Source of the DNA: Limnohabitans sp. | GTDB lineage: Bacteria > Pseudomonadota > Gammaproteobacteria > Burkholderiales > Burkholderiaceae_C | NCBI GenBank assembly: GCA_044349465.1 | Contig: JBIKQY010000001.1 | Span: 1-32,823, forward strand | Direction of reading: 5' to 3' | Length of the DNA stretch: 32,823 bases | In this document: piece by piece, positions 1 to 10,774 of the stretch | Layout of the letters: each line of letters begins with the position of its first letter | How positions within the stretch are numbered: the first letter of the stretch is position 1 | The notes under the pieces: generated by a model | Databases searched by the model: none | What the model saw: the letters and a program-made list of their open reading frames with translations, nothing else | Told to the model about the DNA's origin: nothing | Translations under genes and position numbers: made by a program

Positions 1-1
1 C

Positions 2-1159
2 GACACACGCCAGTTTCGCCACCACGCGGCCAACCCGCTCGATGTGGATGTGCTGATCGTGGACGAAGCCTCGATGGTGCACCTGGAAATGATGGACGCG
101 CTGCTGCAGGCCTTGCCGCCTACCGCGCGCTTGGTGCTGTTGGGTGACAAGGACCAGCTCGCCTCGGTCGAAGCCGGGGCGGTGTTGGGCGACTTGTGCC
201 AAGACGCGGCAGCGGGCCGCTACAGTGCGGCCACGGCGCAGTTTGTGCAGCGCGTAGCCGGGCAGACTCTGGCTGCCGAATTTGTGCTGCCCGATCCGGC
301 CCCCGTGCTGGCCCAACAAACCGTGATGCTGCGCCAAAGCCGCCGATTCAAAGGCGCCATTGGCCAGTTGGCGCTGGCGGTGAACCGGGGCGATGCGGCG
401 GCGGCCCGCGCTTGCTTGGGTGGTCCAGACAACGCCGTGACCTCGCCGGTGCTGGCCCTCCAGCCGAGCAGCCCCCAAGCCGTTTGCGCCCTGGCGCTGG
501 GCGCAACGGGCAAGCCTTCTTATGCCGAATACCTGCGCCTCATGCAAACCGGCCCGGCAGGGCAGGGCGCTGAGGTGTCAATCGAAAGCCACGGCCAATG
601 GGTCAGCAGCGTGCTCAAAGCCTTCGAAAGGTTTCGCATTTTGTGCGCCGTGCACCAAGGCGACTGGGGCACGCAAGCGCTGAATGCGGCGGTGCAAAAA
701 GCCTTGGCCGATGCGGGCCTGCTGCAAGTCAAAGGCGATTGGTACGAGGGGCGGCCCGTCATGGTCACGCGCAACGACGCGCAGCTGGGCGTTTTCAACG
801 GCGACGTGGGCGTGGTCTTGCCCAATACCGAGGGCAAGCCCAAGGTCTGGTTTTTGGACGGTGAAGCCCTGCGCTCGGTGAGCGTCATGCGTTTGGCCCA
901 GGTCGACACGGCGTTTGTCATGACGGTGCACAAAAGCCAGGGCTCGGAGTTCGAGCACACCGCGCTGGTGTTGCCCCCGGGCGGTGCTGAGGTGCTCAGC
1001 CGCGAGCTGGCCTACACCGGCATCACCCGCGCACGCGAGCAGTTCACCCTGATCGAGGCCGAAGCCGGTTTGCTCGAAGCGGCCATCCACCGCCCCAGCG
1101 TGCGCGCCAGTGGCTTGGCACAGAGGTGGGCACAGCCGCTTGTGAAGGCCGGTGCCTGA
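2..1159 (+). CDS. recD: Exodeoxyribonuclease V alpha subunit (RecD helicase), 5'-truncated by the window edge
   Basis: Frame is open from base 2 ([25 protein letters not shown]). SF1B helicase motifs: [48 protein letters not shown]. Confidence 0.95.
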   Translation, partial: DTRQFRHHAANPLDVDVLIVDEASMVHLEMMDALLQALPPTARLVLLGDKDQLASVEAGAVLGDLCQDAAAGRYSAATAQFVQRVAGQTLAAEFVLPDPAPVLAQQTVMLRQSRRFKGAIGQLALAVNRGDAAAARACLGGPDNAVTSPVLALQPSSPQAVCALALGATGKPSYAEYLRLMQTGPAGQGAEVSIESHGQWVSSVLKAFERFRILCAVHQGDWGTQALNAAVQKALADAGLLQVKGDWYEGRPVMVTRNDAQLGVFNGDVGVVLPNTEGKPKVWFLDGEALRSVSVMRLAQVDTAFVMTVHKSQGSEFEHTALVLPPGGAEVLSRELAYTGITRAREQFTLIEAEAGLLEAAIHRPSVRASGLAQRWAQPLVKAGA

Positions 1160-1164
1160 AGCGC

Positions 1165-1437
1165 TCAGCTGGCGTAGCCTTCGCACGCCCCGGCGTTGGG
1201 GCGGCCTCGGCACTCGCGCATCAGGCGTTTGTCGCGCTCGGGTTTGCTTTCTGCCGAGCCTTTGTCTGTGGGGACCTTGGGGGCTTTGGCCTGTTTGGGT
1301 TTTTTGCCCTTGGCCGGTTTGTCGGCGGCGGTCACGGCGGTGAAGTTGTCTGTGGCCCCGTTGGCGGGCACGGCCGCCAGCCAACCCAGCCCCAAAACCA
1401 CGCTGGCCAGCGTCGACGCTAAATGCCGAGTCTTCAT
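1165..1437 (-). CDS. Small exported hypothetical protein (90 aa)
   Basis: ATG at 1437 preceded by GGAGA. Signal-peptide-like N-terminus (MKTRH + hydrophobic stretch + ANG-A), Lys/Ala/Pro-rich linker, C-terminal RECRGRPNAGACEGY. Confidence 0.75.
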   Translation of the reverse strand: MKTRHLASTLASVVLGLGWLAAVPANGATDNFTAVTAADKPAKGKKPKQAKAPKVPTDKGSAESKPERDKRLMRECRGRPNAGACEGYAS

Positions 1438-1572
1438 GGCGTTCTCCCTGTCTTTTGTTGTGCTGAGCATCATAGGCAAGCACGGCACATCTGCAAACAC
1501 AAATTCAAACGGGCAGCCAACACTGTTCAAGAGGTGACTCGTTCAGAACGCGTCAAGCATTAGGATGCTGGG

Positions 1573-2778
1573 ATGAGCAAAAACACTGCCCCTTTCATGC
1601 GCCAGGCCGTTATGGACCTGGAAGAGTCCCGCATCCGTGAAGTTGCCAACGCGGGCATGGGCCGCCCCGATGTGCTGGCCTTCTGGTTTGGCGAATCTGA
1701 CGAAGTGACGCCCGACATCGTGCGCCAAGCCGCCACCGATTCGCTGCAAAAAGGCGAGACTTTTTATTCGCACAACCTGGGCCTGCCTGAACTGCGCCAG
1801 GCGGTCTCTGACTACATGTCGGCCCTGCACGGACAAACCCAAGCGATTGGGGTGGAGCGCCTCGCCATCACCTCGGGCGGCGTGAATGCGCTGATGCTGG
1901 CCGCGCAAGCCCTGATCGACGCGGGCGACGAAGTGGTGGCCGTGACACCCGTTTGGCCCAACCTGACGGCGCAGGCCTTGGTGATGGGCGCGAATTTGAA
2001 ATGCGTGTCGCTGCGCCCGGTGAACGGCCAGTGGCAGCTCGACATGGCGGCGCTCAAAGCCGCGATCACGCCCGCCACGCGGATGCTGATCGTCAACTCG
2101 CCCAACAACCCCACGGGCTGGACACTCAGCCGCGCCGAGCAGGCCGAGATTTTGGCGCACTGCCGCAGCACCGGCACCTGGGTCCTGGCCGACGAGGTCT
2201 ACGAGCGCCTTTATTACGAAACCGACACCGCCAACGGCTGCGCCCCGTCGTTTCTCGATGTGGCCGAGCCCGATGACCGCCTGGTGGTGGTGCACAGCTT
2301 TTCCAAGAGCTTTTTGATGACCGGCTGGCGTTTGGGCTGGTTGGTCATGCCCGCTGCCATGACGCCGCACATGGGCAAACTGATCGAGTTCAACACCTCG
2401 TGTGCCTCGGTGTTCACCCAGCGCGCCGGGGTGGTGGCTTTGCAAAACACCGCCGACATCACGCCGGGTGTGGTGGCCCACCTCAAAACCTGCCGCGACA
2501 CCCTGGTGCCGCTGTTGCAAGCCGTGCCCGGCGTGCAGTTGGCCCCGGCCAAGGGCGGCATGTACGCGTTCTTCAAGATCGACGGACACCCCGATTCGGT
2601 GCAGACGGCCAAACGCCTGGTGGCCGAAGCCGGTCTGGGCCTGGCCCCTGGCGAAGCCTTTGCCCCCGAAGCGGCAGGCTGGCTGCGCTGGTGTTTTGCG
2701 TCCAAAGACCTGTCGAGGCTGACCGAAGGCGTAGAGCGGCTCAGGGCTTGGCTCCTCGCCAATGGGGCGAGGGGCTGA
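1573..2778 (+). CDS. PLP-dependent class I/II aminotransferase (aspartate aminotransferase-like)
   Basis: Motifs NSPNNPTG, DEVY, SFSKSFLMTGWRLGW (PLP lysine) and C-terminal WLRWCFA. Confidence 0.92.
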   Translation: MSKNTAPFMRQAVMDLEESRIREVANAGMGRPDVLAFWFGESDEVTPDIVRQAATDSLQKGETFYSHNLGLPELRQAVSDYMSALHGQTQAIGVERLAITSGGVNALMLAAQALIDAGDEVVAVTPVWPNLTAQALVMGANLKCVSLRPVNGQWQLDMAALKAAITPATRMLIVNSPNNPTGWTLSRAEQAEILAHCRSTGTWVLADEVYERLYYETDTANGCAPSFLDVAEPDDRLVVVHSFSKSFLMTGWRLGWLVMPAAMTPHMGKLIEFNTSCASVFTQRAGVVALQNTADITPGVVAHLKTCRDTLVPLLQAVPGVQLAPAKGGMYAFFKIDGHPDSVQTAKRLVAEAGLGLAPGEAFAPEAAGWLRWCFASKDLSRLTEGVERLRAWLLANGARG

Positions 2779-2886
2779 ACGATGGGTGATGGATGGTTAA
2801 AAGTTTGACGGTGGATCAGCCGTCTGACTTGTAGACACTTCCAGAGCGGCACGTTGAGGTGGTTCGGTTGGGTGAACCAGCGACCT

Positions 2887-4281
2887 TCAAATGGAACGAT
2901 TGCGCGCCAGAGGCGGGTTACGTGAGAAGTATTGCAGGATCCCTCGCAGCAGGGCATCGGTCAGTTGCTTTTGGTAGGCCTCGCTGCGCAGTTTTTCTTC
3001 CTCTTCCGGGTTGCTGATGAAGGCGGTCTCGACCAGCACGCTGGGGATGTCAGGGGCTTTGAGCACGGCAAAACCGGCTTGCTCGACGCGGGGTTTGTGC
3101 AACTTGCCCACGCTGCCGATCTCGCGCAGCAAGCTGTTACCCAATGACAGGCTGTCCTTGATTTGCGCGGCGGTGCTCATGTCGAGCAAGGCGCGTTGCA
3201 CCTGGCTGTCTTGCCCGCCCAGGTTCACGCCGCCGATCACGTCGGCCTTGTTTTCTTTTTGCGCCATCCAGCGGGCGGCTGCGCTCGTGGCCCCGCCCTG
3301 GCTGAGCGCGAACACGCTGGCGCCTTGCGGGCGCGGGGTGTAGAAGGCATCGGCGTGGATGCTGACAAACAGGTCGGCTTGGACGCGTTGGGCTTTTTGC
3401 ACACGCACATGCAGGGGAACAAAGAAGTCAGCGTCGCGTGTCAAAAAAGCCCGCATGGGGTTGCCGCCCACGCTGCTGGCGTTGATGCGGTCGCGCAGCA
3501 TTTTGGCGATCTTGAGCACCACGTCTTTTTCGCGGGTGCCGCCCGGGCCAATGGCACCGGGGTCCTCGCCGCCGTGGCCTGGGTCCAGCGCCACCACGAT
3601 CAGCCGGTCGGTGCGTTGCAGGTTGGGTGTCCTGCCTGGGCGAGTCGGGTTGTCCATGAAGGGGCCGTCGCTTGCGCTCATGTCGGGGCGGCGAGTGGTC
3701 GGGGCGGGCAGGGGCAAAGCGGCTGCGCCGGGCTGGGTTTGCCGGGCGATCAGGTCGCCCAAGGGGTCGTTCACCGTGGCCGAGGGACCGGGCAGGTTGC
3801 CAGTGGGAGTAGGGGGTTGGGCCGCCATCCGTTCCCGTATCAGTTGCTCCAGTGGATCAATGGCTTGGCTGGGGTAGAGGTCGAGCACCAAGCGGTGCGC
3901 GTAAGGGGCCACGGGTTGCAGGCTGAAGACCTGCGGCGCAATGGGGTGTTTGAGGTCGATGACCAGGCGCACCACATTGGCGCTGAACTGGCCCACGCGG
4001 ATGCCTGCGATGTTGGGGTCCGAGGCCTGCACTTTGCCCACCAGCTCGCGCAAAGTGGCGTTCAGTTGCATGCCTTCGATGTCCACCGCCAGTCGCGGTG
4101 GCGAAGCGATGAAGGTCTGTGTGCTTTGAATGGGCGCGTCCGATTCGAGCGTGACGCGGCTGTAATCGGGGGCGGGCCAGACGCGCACGGCCAGCATGTT
4201 GGCCCCGCGTGCGAGTTGCGCAGCGCCCAGACTCAGCACAAGAAAACCTGCCTTGAGCAGGCGACGGCGGTCACGGCGCAT
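2887..4281 (-). CDS. amiC: N-acetylmuramoyl-L-alanine amidase (AMIN + Amidase_3), Tat-exported
   Basis: Start reset to ATG 4281, which overlaps the tsaE end. DRRRLL Tat signal, AVRVWPAPDYSRVTLE AMIN domain, LDPGHGGEDPGA, SIHAD, LVETAFISN. Confidence 0.93.
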   Translation of the reverse strand: MRRDRRRLLKAGFLVLSLGAAQLARGANMLAVRVWPAPDYSRVTLESDAPIQSTQTFIASPPRLAVDIEGMQLNATLRELVGKVQASDPNIAGIRVGQFSANVVRLVIDLKHPIAPQVFSLQPVAPYAHRLVLDLYPSQAIDPLEQLIRERMAAQPPTPTGNLPGPSATVNDPLGDLIARQTQPGAAALPLPAPTTRRPDMSASDGPFMDNPTRPGRTPNLQRTDRLIVVALDPGHGGEDPGAIGPGGTREKDVVLKIAKMLRDRINASSVGGNPMRAFLTRDADFFVPLHVRVQKAQRVQADLFVSIHADAFYTPRPQGASVFALSQGGATSAAARWMAQKENKADVIGGVNLGGQDSQVQRALLDMSTAAQIKDSLSLGNSLLREIGSVGKLHKPRVEQAGFAVLKAPDIPSVLVETAFISNPEEEEKLRSEAYQKQLTDALLRGILQYFSRNPPLARNRSI

Positions 4282-4831
4282 GGTCTGCACCTTCGGTCCA
4301 GGCTGAACGCCACGATGCCAGCCAGGTGTGCCCGCGCTGCGTGCCCGCGCTGATGCGCACCTCGCGTTGGTCTTCGTCGATGGCGTCCAGCGCAATCACC
4401 CAGTCGGGCGGCGGCAATTGCCCAGCCACCTTGTCGGGCCACTCCATGAGTTTGAGGCCCGGCCCGGCAAAGATGTCCCGAAAGCCTGCGTCTTCCCATT
4501 CTTGCGGGTCGTTGAATCTGTAAAAGTCAAAATGCCAGATGGGCCAGGCGCTGTCACCCGAGCCCGCCTGATGAGGTTCCACAACGGCATAGGTCGGACT
4601 TTTGATGCGGCCCGTCACACCGGCGGCGCGCAGCAGGTGGCGCACCAAGGTGGTCTTGCCCGCGCCCAGGTTGCCGCGCAGCTCGATGCGTGCATCGCGC
4701 CCGCCAGGCCATTGGCCCAGGCCTTGCGCCAGTTGCATGGCAAAGGCCTGCGTGGCGGCCTCGTTCGGCCACAAGCCCTCCCAATGCGCTGGGGCGGTGG
4801 GGCTTTCTACAATCGGCGGGTGACTGCTCAA
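4271..4831 (-). CDS. tsaE: tRNA threonylcarbamoyladenosine biosynthesis ATPase TsaE
   Basis: Walker A GNLGAGKT, IKSPTY, HFDFYR, MEWP; adjacent to the amidase as usual. Start codon uncertain; TTG 4831 chosen. Confidence 0.9.
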   Translation of the reverse strand: MSSHPPIVESPTAPAHWEGLWPNEAATQAFAMQLAQGLGQWPGGRDARIELRGNLGAGKTTLVRHLLRAAGVTGRIKSPTYAVVEPHQAGSGDSAWPIWHFDFYRFNDPQEWEDAGFRDIFAGPGLKLMEWPDKVAGQLPPPDWVIALDAIDEDQREVRISAGTQRGHTWLASWRSAWTEGADHAP

Positions 4832-5938
4832 CGTACTCAAATCGACCTTCTTGAACTGTGGCCCCAGATCCAGATCTGGGCGCGTGAGTTGGGATTGTCC
4901 CAAATTGGCGTGACGGGTATCGATTTGTCCTCGGCAGAGCCCGGATTACAGGCTTGGTTGGCCGCCGGGTTTCACGGCAGCATGGGCTATATGGCAAGCC
5001 ACGCCATGAAGCGCGCCCGCCCGGCCGAGCTGGTGCCGGGCACGGTGAGCGTGATCACCGCCCGCATGGATTACCTGCCTGCGGACACCCCCATCGACTG
5101 GCTGGCGCGCGAAACCGCCCGCAGCCTGCAGCCGGGCGAGGCGGTGGTCTCGGTCTATGCCCGGGGGCGTGACTACCACAAGGTTTTGCGCTCGCGCCTG
5201 CAAAAACTGCAGGACTGCATCGCCGAAGCGATTGGCCCCTTTGGCCACCGCGTGTTCACCGATTCGGCCCCCGTGCTGGAGGCCGAGCTGGCCACCCGCA
5301 GCGGCCTGGGCTGGCGTGGCAAGCACACCCTGGTGCTGAGCCGCGAGGCCGGGTCGATGTTTTTTCTGGGCGAGTTGTTTGTGGACTTGGCCTTGCCCGA
5401 GACCGCTGCCACATCGGCGCATTGCGGCCAGTGCACGGCCTGCATGGACCTGTGTCCGACCCAGGCCATCGTGGGGCCTTACAAACTGGATGCGCGGCGC
5501 TGCATTTCTTATTTGACGATCGAGCACGCCGGGCCGATCGATGAAGCCTTGCGCCCGCTGATCGGCAACCGCATTTATGGCTGTGACGACTGTCAGCTGG
5601 CCTGCCCCTGGAACAAGTTCGCGCAAGTCAGCCCTTTGACTGACTGGCAGGCTCGGCAGGGTTTGGGCGCGGGCACCATCGCAGAGCTGATGAATTGGAA
5701 CGAAGCTGAGTTTTTGCGCCGCACAGAAGGCAGCGCCATCCGCCGCATCGGACACGCCCGTTGGCTGCGCAATTTGGCCTTGGCAGCGGGCAATGCCTTG
5801 GCCTCGTCGGCTTTGCCCGAAGCTGAGCGCCAGGTGTTGCAGCTGGCTTTGGCGGTTCACTCTGACCATCCGGACCCGGTGGTGCAAGAGCAGGTGGCTT
5901 GGTCGCAAGCCCAAAATGCGGCTCGCCTTGCGCCATGA
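4820..5938 (+). CDS. queG: tRNA epoxyqueuosine(34) reductase QueG
   Basis: YARGRDYH, FTDSAPVLE, CGQCTACMDLCPT, RRCISYLTIE, IYGCDDCQLACPWN (two 4Fe-4S motifs). Start reset to GTG 4820. Confidence 0.94.
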   Translation: MTAQRTQIDLLELWPQIQIWARELGLSQIGVTGIDLSSAEPGLQAWLAAGFHGSMGYMASHAMKRARPAELVPGTVSVITARMDYLPADTPIDWLARETARSLQPGEAVVSVYARGRDYHKVLRSRLQKLQDCIAEAIGPFGHRVFTDSAPVLEAELATRSGLGWRGKHTLVLSREAGSMFFLGELFVDLALPETAATSAHCGQCTACMDLCPTQAIVGPYKLDARRCISYLTIEHAGPIDEALRPLIGNRIYGCDDCQLACPWNKFAQVSPLTDWQARQGLGAGTIAELMNWNEAEFLRRTEGSAIRRIGHARWLRNLALAAGNALASSALPEAERQVLQLALAVHSDHPDPVVQEQVAWSQAQNAARLAP

Positions 5939-5998
5939 AGTCGGACCTGAAGGCGATGATCTGCCAAACCGAGCCTGGGTGGGCGGCGCAAATGGTGT

Positions 5999-6907
5999 TC
6001 AGCCGCGCAGCACACCCAGCGCAAACGGCAAGCTCAGCATCCCGGCCAAGGTGGACAGCGTGACCAGGCCAGCCACGTAGGGCCCGTTATAGCCCATGCG
6101 AGCGGCCAGCACGTAGCAAGTTGACGCGGTGGGCAGGGCCGAAAAGGCCAGCAGCATGGTGGTCTGTACCGGATCGAGCCGGAAAAGATGTGACATGCCC
6201 AGCGCGATCAGGGGCATGGCCAGGTGTTTGACGGTCAGCACGCTCAAGCCCAGCAGCTTGCCTTGGCGCAGCGTGCCCAGTTGCATGCCGGCGCCTGCGG
6301 CCATCAGGCCCAAGGCCAGCGAGGAAGCGCCGATGCGGCCGATGGTGGGGTCCAGCCATTGCGGAATGCGCAAGCCCAGCAGGTTGGCCACCAAGCCTGA
6401 AAAGGTGGCGATGATCAATGGGTTGCGAAGCAGTTCTCGCAAAAACCCTGTGTTTGCCTGTCTGGCCATGGGCCACACAGCCCCGATGTTGAACAAGGGC
6501 ACGCAGACCCCAATCAGCATCGAAATCATCAGTAAGCCCTGAGGGCCCGCCAGGCGTTCAGCCAGGGCCAGGGCGATGAAGGAGTTGAAGCGAAAACCCA
6601 CTTGAGCGCTGGCCGCATGGTCTCGCAGGTCCAGCCTTTTGCCCAAAAAGGGCCAGTAAGGCAGGCTGTAAGACAGGGCGATGGCGCAAACGCCCAAACT
6701 CAGCCCTGCGCCGATCAAACTGGAAGCCGCACTCAAATCGATGGGGCTTTTCAGGATGGAGTGGAACAGCAGAACCGGAAATAGGAAAAAATAAACCAGA
6801 TTTTCGACCGGCTGCCACACTGAACGCCCCAACGCCGTAAAGCGGCACAGCAAATAGCCGCACAAAATCAGGGAAAAGTCGGGAAAGAGAAGTTGCGCAA
6901 AGTTCAC
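5999..6907 (-). CDS. AEC (auxin efflux carrier) family transporter
   Basis: Hydrophobic multi-TM protein with YFFLFPVLLF, FRFN, NPLIIA and LPTA motifs. Start reset to GTG 6907. Confidence 0.85.
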   Translation of the reverse strand: MNFAQLLFPDFSLILCGYLLCRFTALGRSVWQPVENLVYFFLFPVLLFHSILKSPIDLSAASSLIGAGLSLGVCAIALSYSLPYWPFLGKRLDLRDHAASAQVGFRFNSFIALALAERLAGPQGLLMISMLIGVCVPLFNIGAVWPMARQANTGFLRELLRNPLIIATFSGLVANLLGLRIPQWLDPTIGRIGASSLALGLMAAGAGMQLGTLRQGKLLGLSVLTVKHLAMPLIALGMSHLFRLDPVQTTMLLAFSALPTASTCYVLAARMGYNGPYVAGLVTLSTLAGMLSLPFALGVLRG

Positions 6908-7059
6908 CCGGCGAGGATAACCGAGTGCGGGCTTGTCCACGGGGCTTGGCTGTCACCTGCGGTGCACTCCGGTGCGGTGCACTTGCTTTGTGGGTTTCCC
7001 CCCTCACGCCAGACCCCATTTTTTGCCTATCATGTTCGATCTTTTAAGGAGTTTTATCA

Positions 7060-8034
7060 ATGAAGCGTCGTAGTTTGGTTTCTGCAGCCGGTTTGGCTGT
7101 CACCGTGTTGGCCAGTGGATCGGTGTGGGCGCAGGCCTACCCCAACAAAACCATTCGCTTGCAGGTGCCGTTTGCGCCCGGTGGCACAACCGACATCGTG
7201 GCCCGCGTGATTGCCGAGCCGCTGGGCAAAGCCCTGGGCCAAAGCGTGATCGTCGAGAACAAGGCCGGCGGCGGCGGTGTGGTGGGCGCGACCGAGACCG
7301 TGCGCGCTGCCCCCGATGGCTACAACCTGGGCATGGCCACGGTGTCGACCACGGCCGCCAACCCGGCCATCAACCCCAAGATCCCGTACAACGTGCTGAC
7401 CGACTTCACGCCCATCATCAACATTGCGGCCACACCCAACGTGATCGCGGTGCACCCCAGCTTTCCGGCCAAGGACTACGCCGGCTTTGTAGCCGAGTTG
7501 AAGAAAAATCCCGGCAAATACTCGTATGCCTCGTCGGGCACAGGCGGCATCGGCCACCTGCAGACTGAGCTGTGGAAGAGCCTGGCGGGTGTGTTCATCA
7601 CCCACATTCCTTACCGCGGCGCGGGCCCGGCCCTGAACGACACCGTGGCTGGCCAGGTGCCGATCATTTTTGACAACCTGCCCTCGGCGCTGCCTTTCAT
7701 CCAGTCGGGCCGTTTGGTGCCCATCGTGGTGGCCGCACCCCAGCGCTTGTCGCAACTGCCCAATGTGCCCACGTTCAAGGATGTCGGTCTGGAGCCCGTC
7801 AACCGCATGGCTTACTACGGCATCCTGGGCCCGAAAAACCTGCCCAAAGAGGTGGTCGACAAGATCAGCGCGGGTGTGAAAAAAGCCCTGCAAGAGCCGG
7901 GCGTGACCAAGCGCATCAACGACACCGGCTCTTTGGTTGTGGCCAACACGCCTGATGAGTTCACGGCCCAGATCAAGGCCGAGTTCGAGGTCTACAAGAA
8001 AGTCGTGGACCAGCAAAAACTCAAGCTGGACTGA
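7060..8034 (+). CDS. Tripartite tricarboxylate transporter substrate-binding protein (Bug/TctC family)
   Basis: Signal peptide, then [54 protein letters not shown]. Confidence 0.93.
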   Translation: MKRRSLVSAAGLAVTVLASGSVWAQAYPNKTIRLQVPFAPGGTTDIVARVIAEPLGKALGQSVIVENKAGGGGVVGATETVRAAPDGYNLGMATVSTTAANPAINPKIPYNVLTDFTPIINIAATPNVIAVHPSFPAKDYAGFVAELKKNPGKYSYASSGTGGIGHLQTELWKSLAGVFITHIPYRGAGPALNDTVAGQVPIIFDNLPSALPFIQSGRLVPIVVAAPQRLSQLPNVPTFKDVGLEPVNRMAYYGILGPKNLPKEVVDKISAGVKKALQEPGVTKRINDTGSLVVANTPDEFTAQIKAEFEVYKKVVDQQKLKLD

Positions 8035-8044
8035 TTTTTAGTCC

Positions 8045-8953
8045 ATGCACGAGGCCAGCCAGAACGCCATCGACCGATTTGCCGAGGCCCTCTGGCTGGA
8101 GGACGGACTGGCCGCCAACACCTTGGCCGCCTACCGTCTGGATTTGTCGCTCTATGCCACCTGGCTGTTTTTAACGCACAGGCTGGCGCTGGAGGCGACC
8201 GAAGAACACCACCTGCAGGCTTATTTTGCTGAACGACATGGCCAGACCAAGGCCACATCGGCCAACCGCAGGCTCACCGTGTTCAAGCGGTTTTTCCGAT
8301 GGGCGCTGCGCGAACGCCTGGTTCAATCTGATCCCACCTTGCGCATGCTGGCGGCCAAACAGGCCTTGCGCGTGCCTAAAACTTTGGGCGAGGCGCAAGT
8401 CGATGCTTTGCTGCGCGCGCCGGATGCGGCCACCGATCTGGGCCTGCGCGACCGCGCCATGCTGGAGTTGATGTACGCCAGCGGGCTGCGCGTGAGCGAG
8501 TTGGTCAGCCTCAAAACTTTGCACGTCTCGCTCAACGAAGGCGTGCTGCGCATCATGGGCAAGGGCAGCAAGGAGCGGTTGGTGCCCTTTGGCGAAGAGG
8601 CGCGTGACTGGCTGCAGGGCTACATCTCTCGAGCGCGTCCGGCCATGCTGGGGCAGCGCCAGACCGAAGACCTGTTTGTCACCACCAGCGGCTCCAAGCC
8701 GGGCACGGCCATGACGCGGGTGATGTTTTGGAGCTTGGTCAAGCGCTACGCCATCCAGGCTGGTATCACCGCGCCCCTGTCGCCACACACCTTGCGCCAC
8801 GCCTTTGCCACGCATTTGCTCAACCACGGGGCCGACTTGCGCGCGGTGCAAATGCTGCTGGGCCATGCCGACATCTCCACCACCACCATTTACACCCACG
8901 TGGCGCGTGAGCGACTCAAGACGTTGCATGCACAGCACCACCCGCGGGGCTAA
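8045..8953 (+). CDS. xerD: Site-specific tyrosine recombinase XerD
   Basis: LWLEDGLAANTLAAYR N-terminus. Catalytic residues in ASGLRVSEL, GKGSKER, SPHTLRHAFATHLLNHGADLR, LGHADISTTTIYTHV. Confidence 0.95.
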   Translation: MHEASQNAIDRFAEALWLEDGLAANTLAAYRLDLSLYATWLFLTHRLALEATEEHHLQAYFAERHGQTKATSANRRLTVFKRFFRWALRERLVQSDPTLRMLAAKQALRVPKTLGEAQVDALLRAPDAATDLGLRDRAMLELMYASGLRVSELVSLKTLHVSLNEGVLRIMGKGSKERLVPFGEEARDWLQGYISRARPAMLGQRQTEDLFVTTSGSKPGTAMTRVMFWSLVKRYAIQAGITAPLSPHTLRHAFATHLLNHGADLRAVQMLLGHADISTTTIYTHVARERLKTLHAQHHPRG

Positions 8954-9079
8954 GACTTGGGCCGCAGAGGGCCATCCAGCTTTTTTATCGCGCAAGGCAA
9001 AACCCACGCGCAGGCAAGACCACAAAAAGTTGTTCAAGACCGTGCAAGGCCTCATGGATAATTCTCGCTAGGAAAAAAC

Positions 9080-10774
9080 ATGAAACCAGTACTTCCCTCT
9101 GTCTTTTTGTCGCCCGATGCCGTGCAAACACAAACCGCCAAATTGATGGGGCGACAGTCAGCCGGCAGGGGGTTCATGCGTGGCTTGGCTGCTGCTTACT
9201 GTGATGACGACCGCAGTTTGGTGTTGGTGCATGGTGGAGGCTCGCAACAAGCCGTGCTCGAAATCGAGGCGCGTGACACGGGGTGGGTGCGGGGCATTGA
9301 ACATCGGCGTGTGCAAGAGCCGTCCACCTGGCCCAAGGGGGTCATGTATTACCCGGCCCCGATCAACACCCGCATGGGTTGGCAGCGGCACCGTGAGGGG
9401 CCAGCAGGCATGGCCTTTTGCGGTGTGACCCACACCATCAGCTCATCGGGCGTGTTGGCGCAAATTGCCGACTACGTGCAAGGGCCGTTCACCGTTGCCG
9501 ACGCGCTGATCTGCACCTCGCAAAGCGTGCACAAGGCCGTCCATCAGGTCTGGCAGGCGCAAGCAGAGTGGCTGGCACGCCGATTGGGCGTTGGCGTCAA
9601 ACCGCAGGGCCCCATGACGCCCGTGATTCCCTTGGGCATTCCGACACAAGACTTCACACCCGATGCGGCGCTGCGGGCGCAGGGGCGGGCACGTTGGGGC
9701 CTGCAGCCCGATGAAGTGGCCGTGCTGTTTGTGGGACGGCTGAGTCTGCATGCCAAGGCCAATCCTGTTCCCATGTACCTGGCGGTGGCGCGAGCAGCTG
9801 CCATGACTGGCCGACGTTTGCGTGTGCTGGAGTGCGGTTGGTTTTCCAATGACGCCACGCGCCAGAGTTTTGATGAAGCCGCCCAATTGGCAGGTGTTCA
9901 TGTCACGCGCATGGATGGCCGCGAAGCGGGCGTGACGCGTTTGGCCTATGCGAGCTCAGACGTATTCATGTCCTTGTCAGACAACATCCAGGAAACCTTT
10001 GGTTTAACGCCGCTCGAAGCCATGGCCAGTGGCCTGCCTGTCATTGCGTCCGATTGGGACGGTTACCGCGAAACGGTGCGCGACGGGGTGGACGGATTTT
10101 TGATTCCCACCTTGCAAATTGGGGTGCCGGCTGCGGCCCAGGTCAGCAGCGAAGCCTATGAAGACGGCCGACTCAACTACGACCATTACATTGCCCATGC
10201 GCATTTGCAGGTGGCCGTGGATGTGCCGGCCTGCGCTCAGGCATTGGCCCGCTTGGTTCAAGACGACGCTTTGCGCCAGCGTATGGGCGCGGCAGGCCGG
10301 GAGCGTGCTGTACAGGTGTACGACTGGTCTGTCGTGATGCGCCAATACCAAAGCTTGTGGGCTGAGCAGACCGAACGACTGGACCATTTGGCGGCCGATG
10401 CTGTTGCAGCAAAGCCGCAGCGCGACCCTGCCTTCATGAATCCTTTGCAGCTCTTTGACCATTACCCCAGTGCCTTGCTGCAGGGCCAGCATCGGATTTG
10501 GCGAGCAGCCGATACAGACGAGAACGCTTTGGGCCGGATGCGCGATTTGTCGATGTGGCAATTTGCGGGCAACAGGCTGTCGAATGTGGAAGCTTTGACG
10601 CAAGCTTGGCGTGCCTTGCCCCAGAGCATCACCGAGGCACCCCAGCTGCAGGCTTGGGCAAGATCGCAAGGCTGGATTTTGCCTTTGGCACTGCGCAATG
10701 CGGCGTGGCTCGCCAAGGTGGGTTGGGTGCACACCGATGCACAACTCGGCCCTGCGAAGGGGACAGCTGCTTGA
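9080..10774 (+). CDS. Glycosyltransferase family 4 (GT-B), 564 aa, with C-terminal extension
   Basis: [28 protein letters not shown] (E-X7-E motif), [20 protein letters not shown] and a GATAAT -10-like hexamer upstream. Confidence 0.9.
   Translation: MKPVLPSVFLSPDAVQTQTAKLMGRQSAGRGFMRGLAAAYCDDDRSLVLVHGGGSQQAVLEIEARDTGWVRGIEHRRVQEPSTWPKGVMYYPAPINTRMGWQRHREGPAGMAFCGVTHTISSSGVLAQIADYVQGPFTVADALICTSQSVHKAVHQVWQAQAEWLARRLGVGVKPQGPMTPVIPLGIPTQDFTPDAALRAQGRARWGLQPDEVAVLFVGRLSLHAKANPVPMYLAVARAAAMTGRRLRVLECGWFSNDATRQSFDEAAQLAGVHVTRMDGREAGVTRLAYASSDVFMSLSDNIQETFGLTPLEAMASGLPVIASDWDGYRETVRDGVDGFLIPTLQIGVPAAAQVSSEAYEDGRLNYDHYIAHAHLQVAVDVPACAQALARLVQDDALRQRMGAAGRERAVQVYDWSVVMRQYQSLWAEQTERLDHLAADAVAAKPQRDPAFMNPLQLFDHYPSALLQGQHRIWRAADTDENALGRMRDLSMWQFAGNRLSNVEALTQAWRALPQSITEAPQLQAWARSQGWILPLALRNAAWLAKVGWVHTDAQLGPAKGTAA

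Noticed and set aside
2779-2886. Intergenic stretch between the aminotransferase and amiC with small hairpins
   Set aside because: Stems are only 5-6 bp, with no U-tract and no match to the other repeats in the window.
8045-8953. Tyrosine recombinase as the integrase of the GT cassette
   Set aside because: It has housekeeping XerD signatures. I found no att-like direct repeats, tRNA or dif-like site at the cassette edges.
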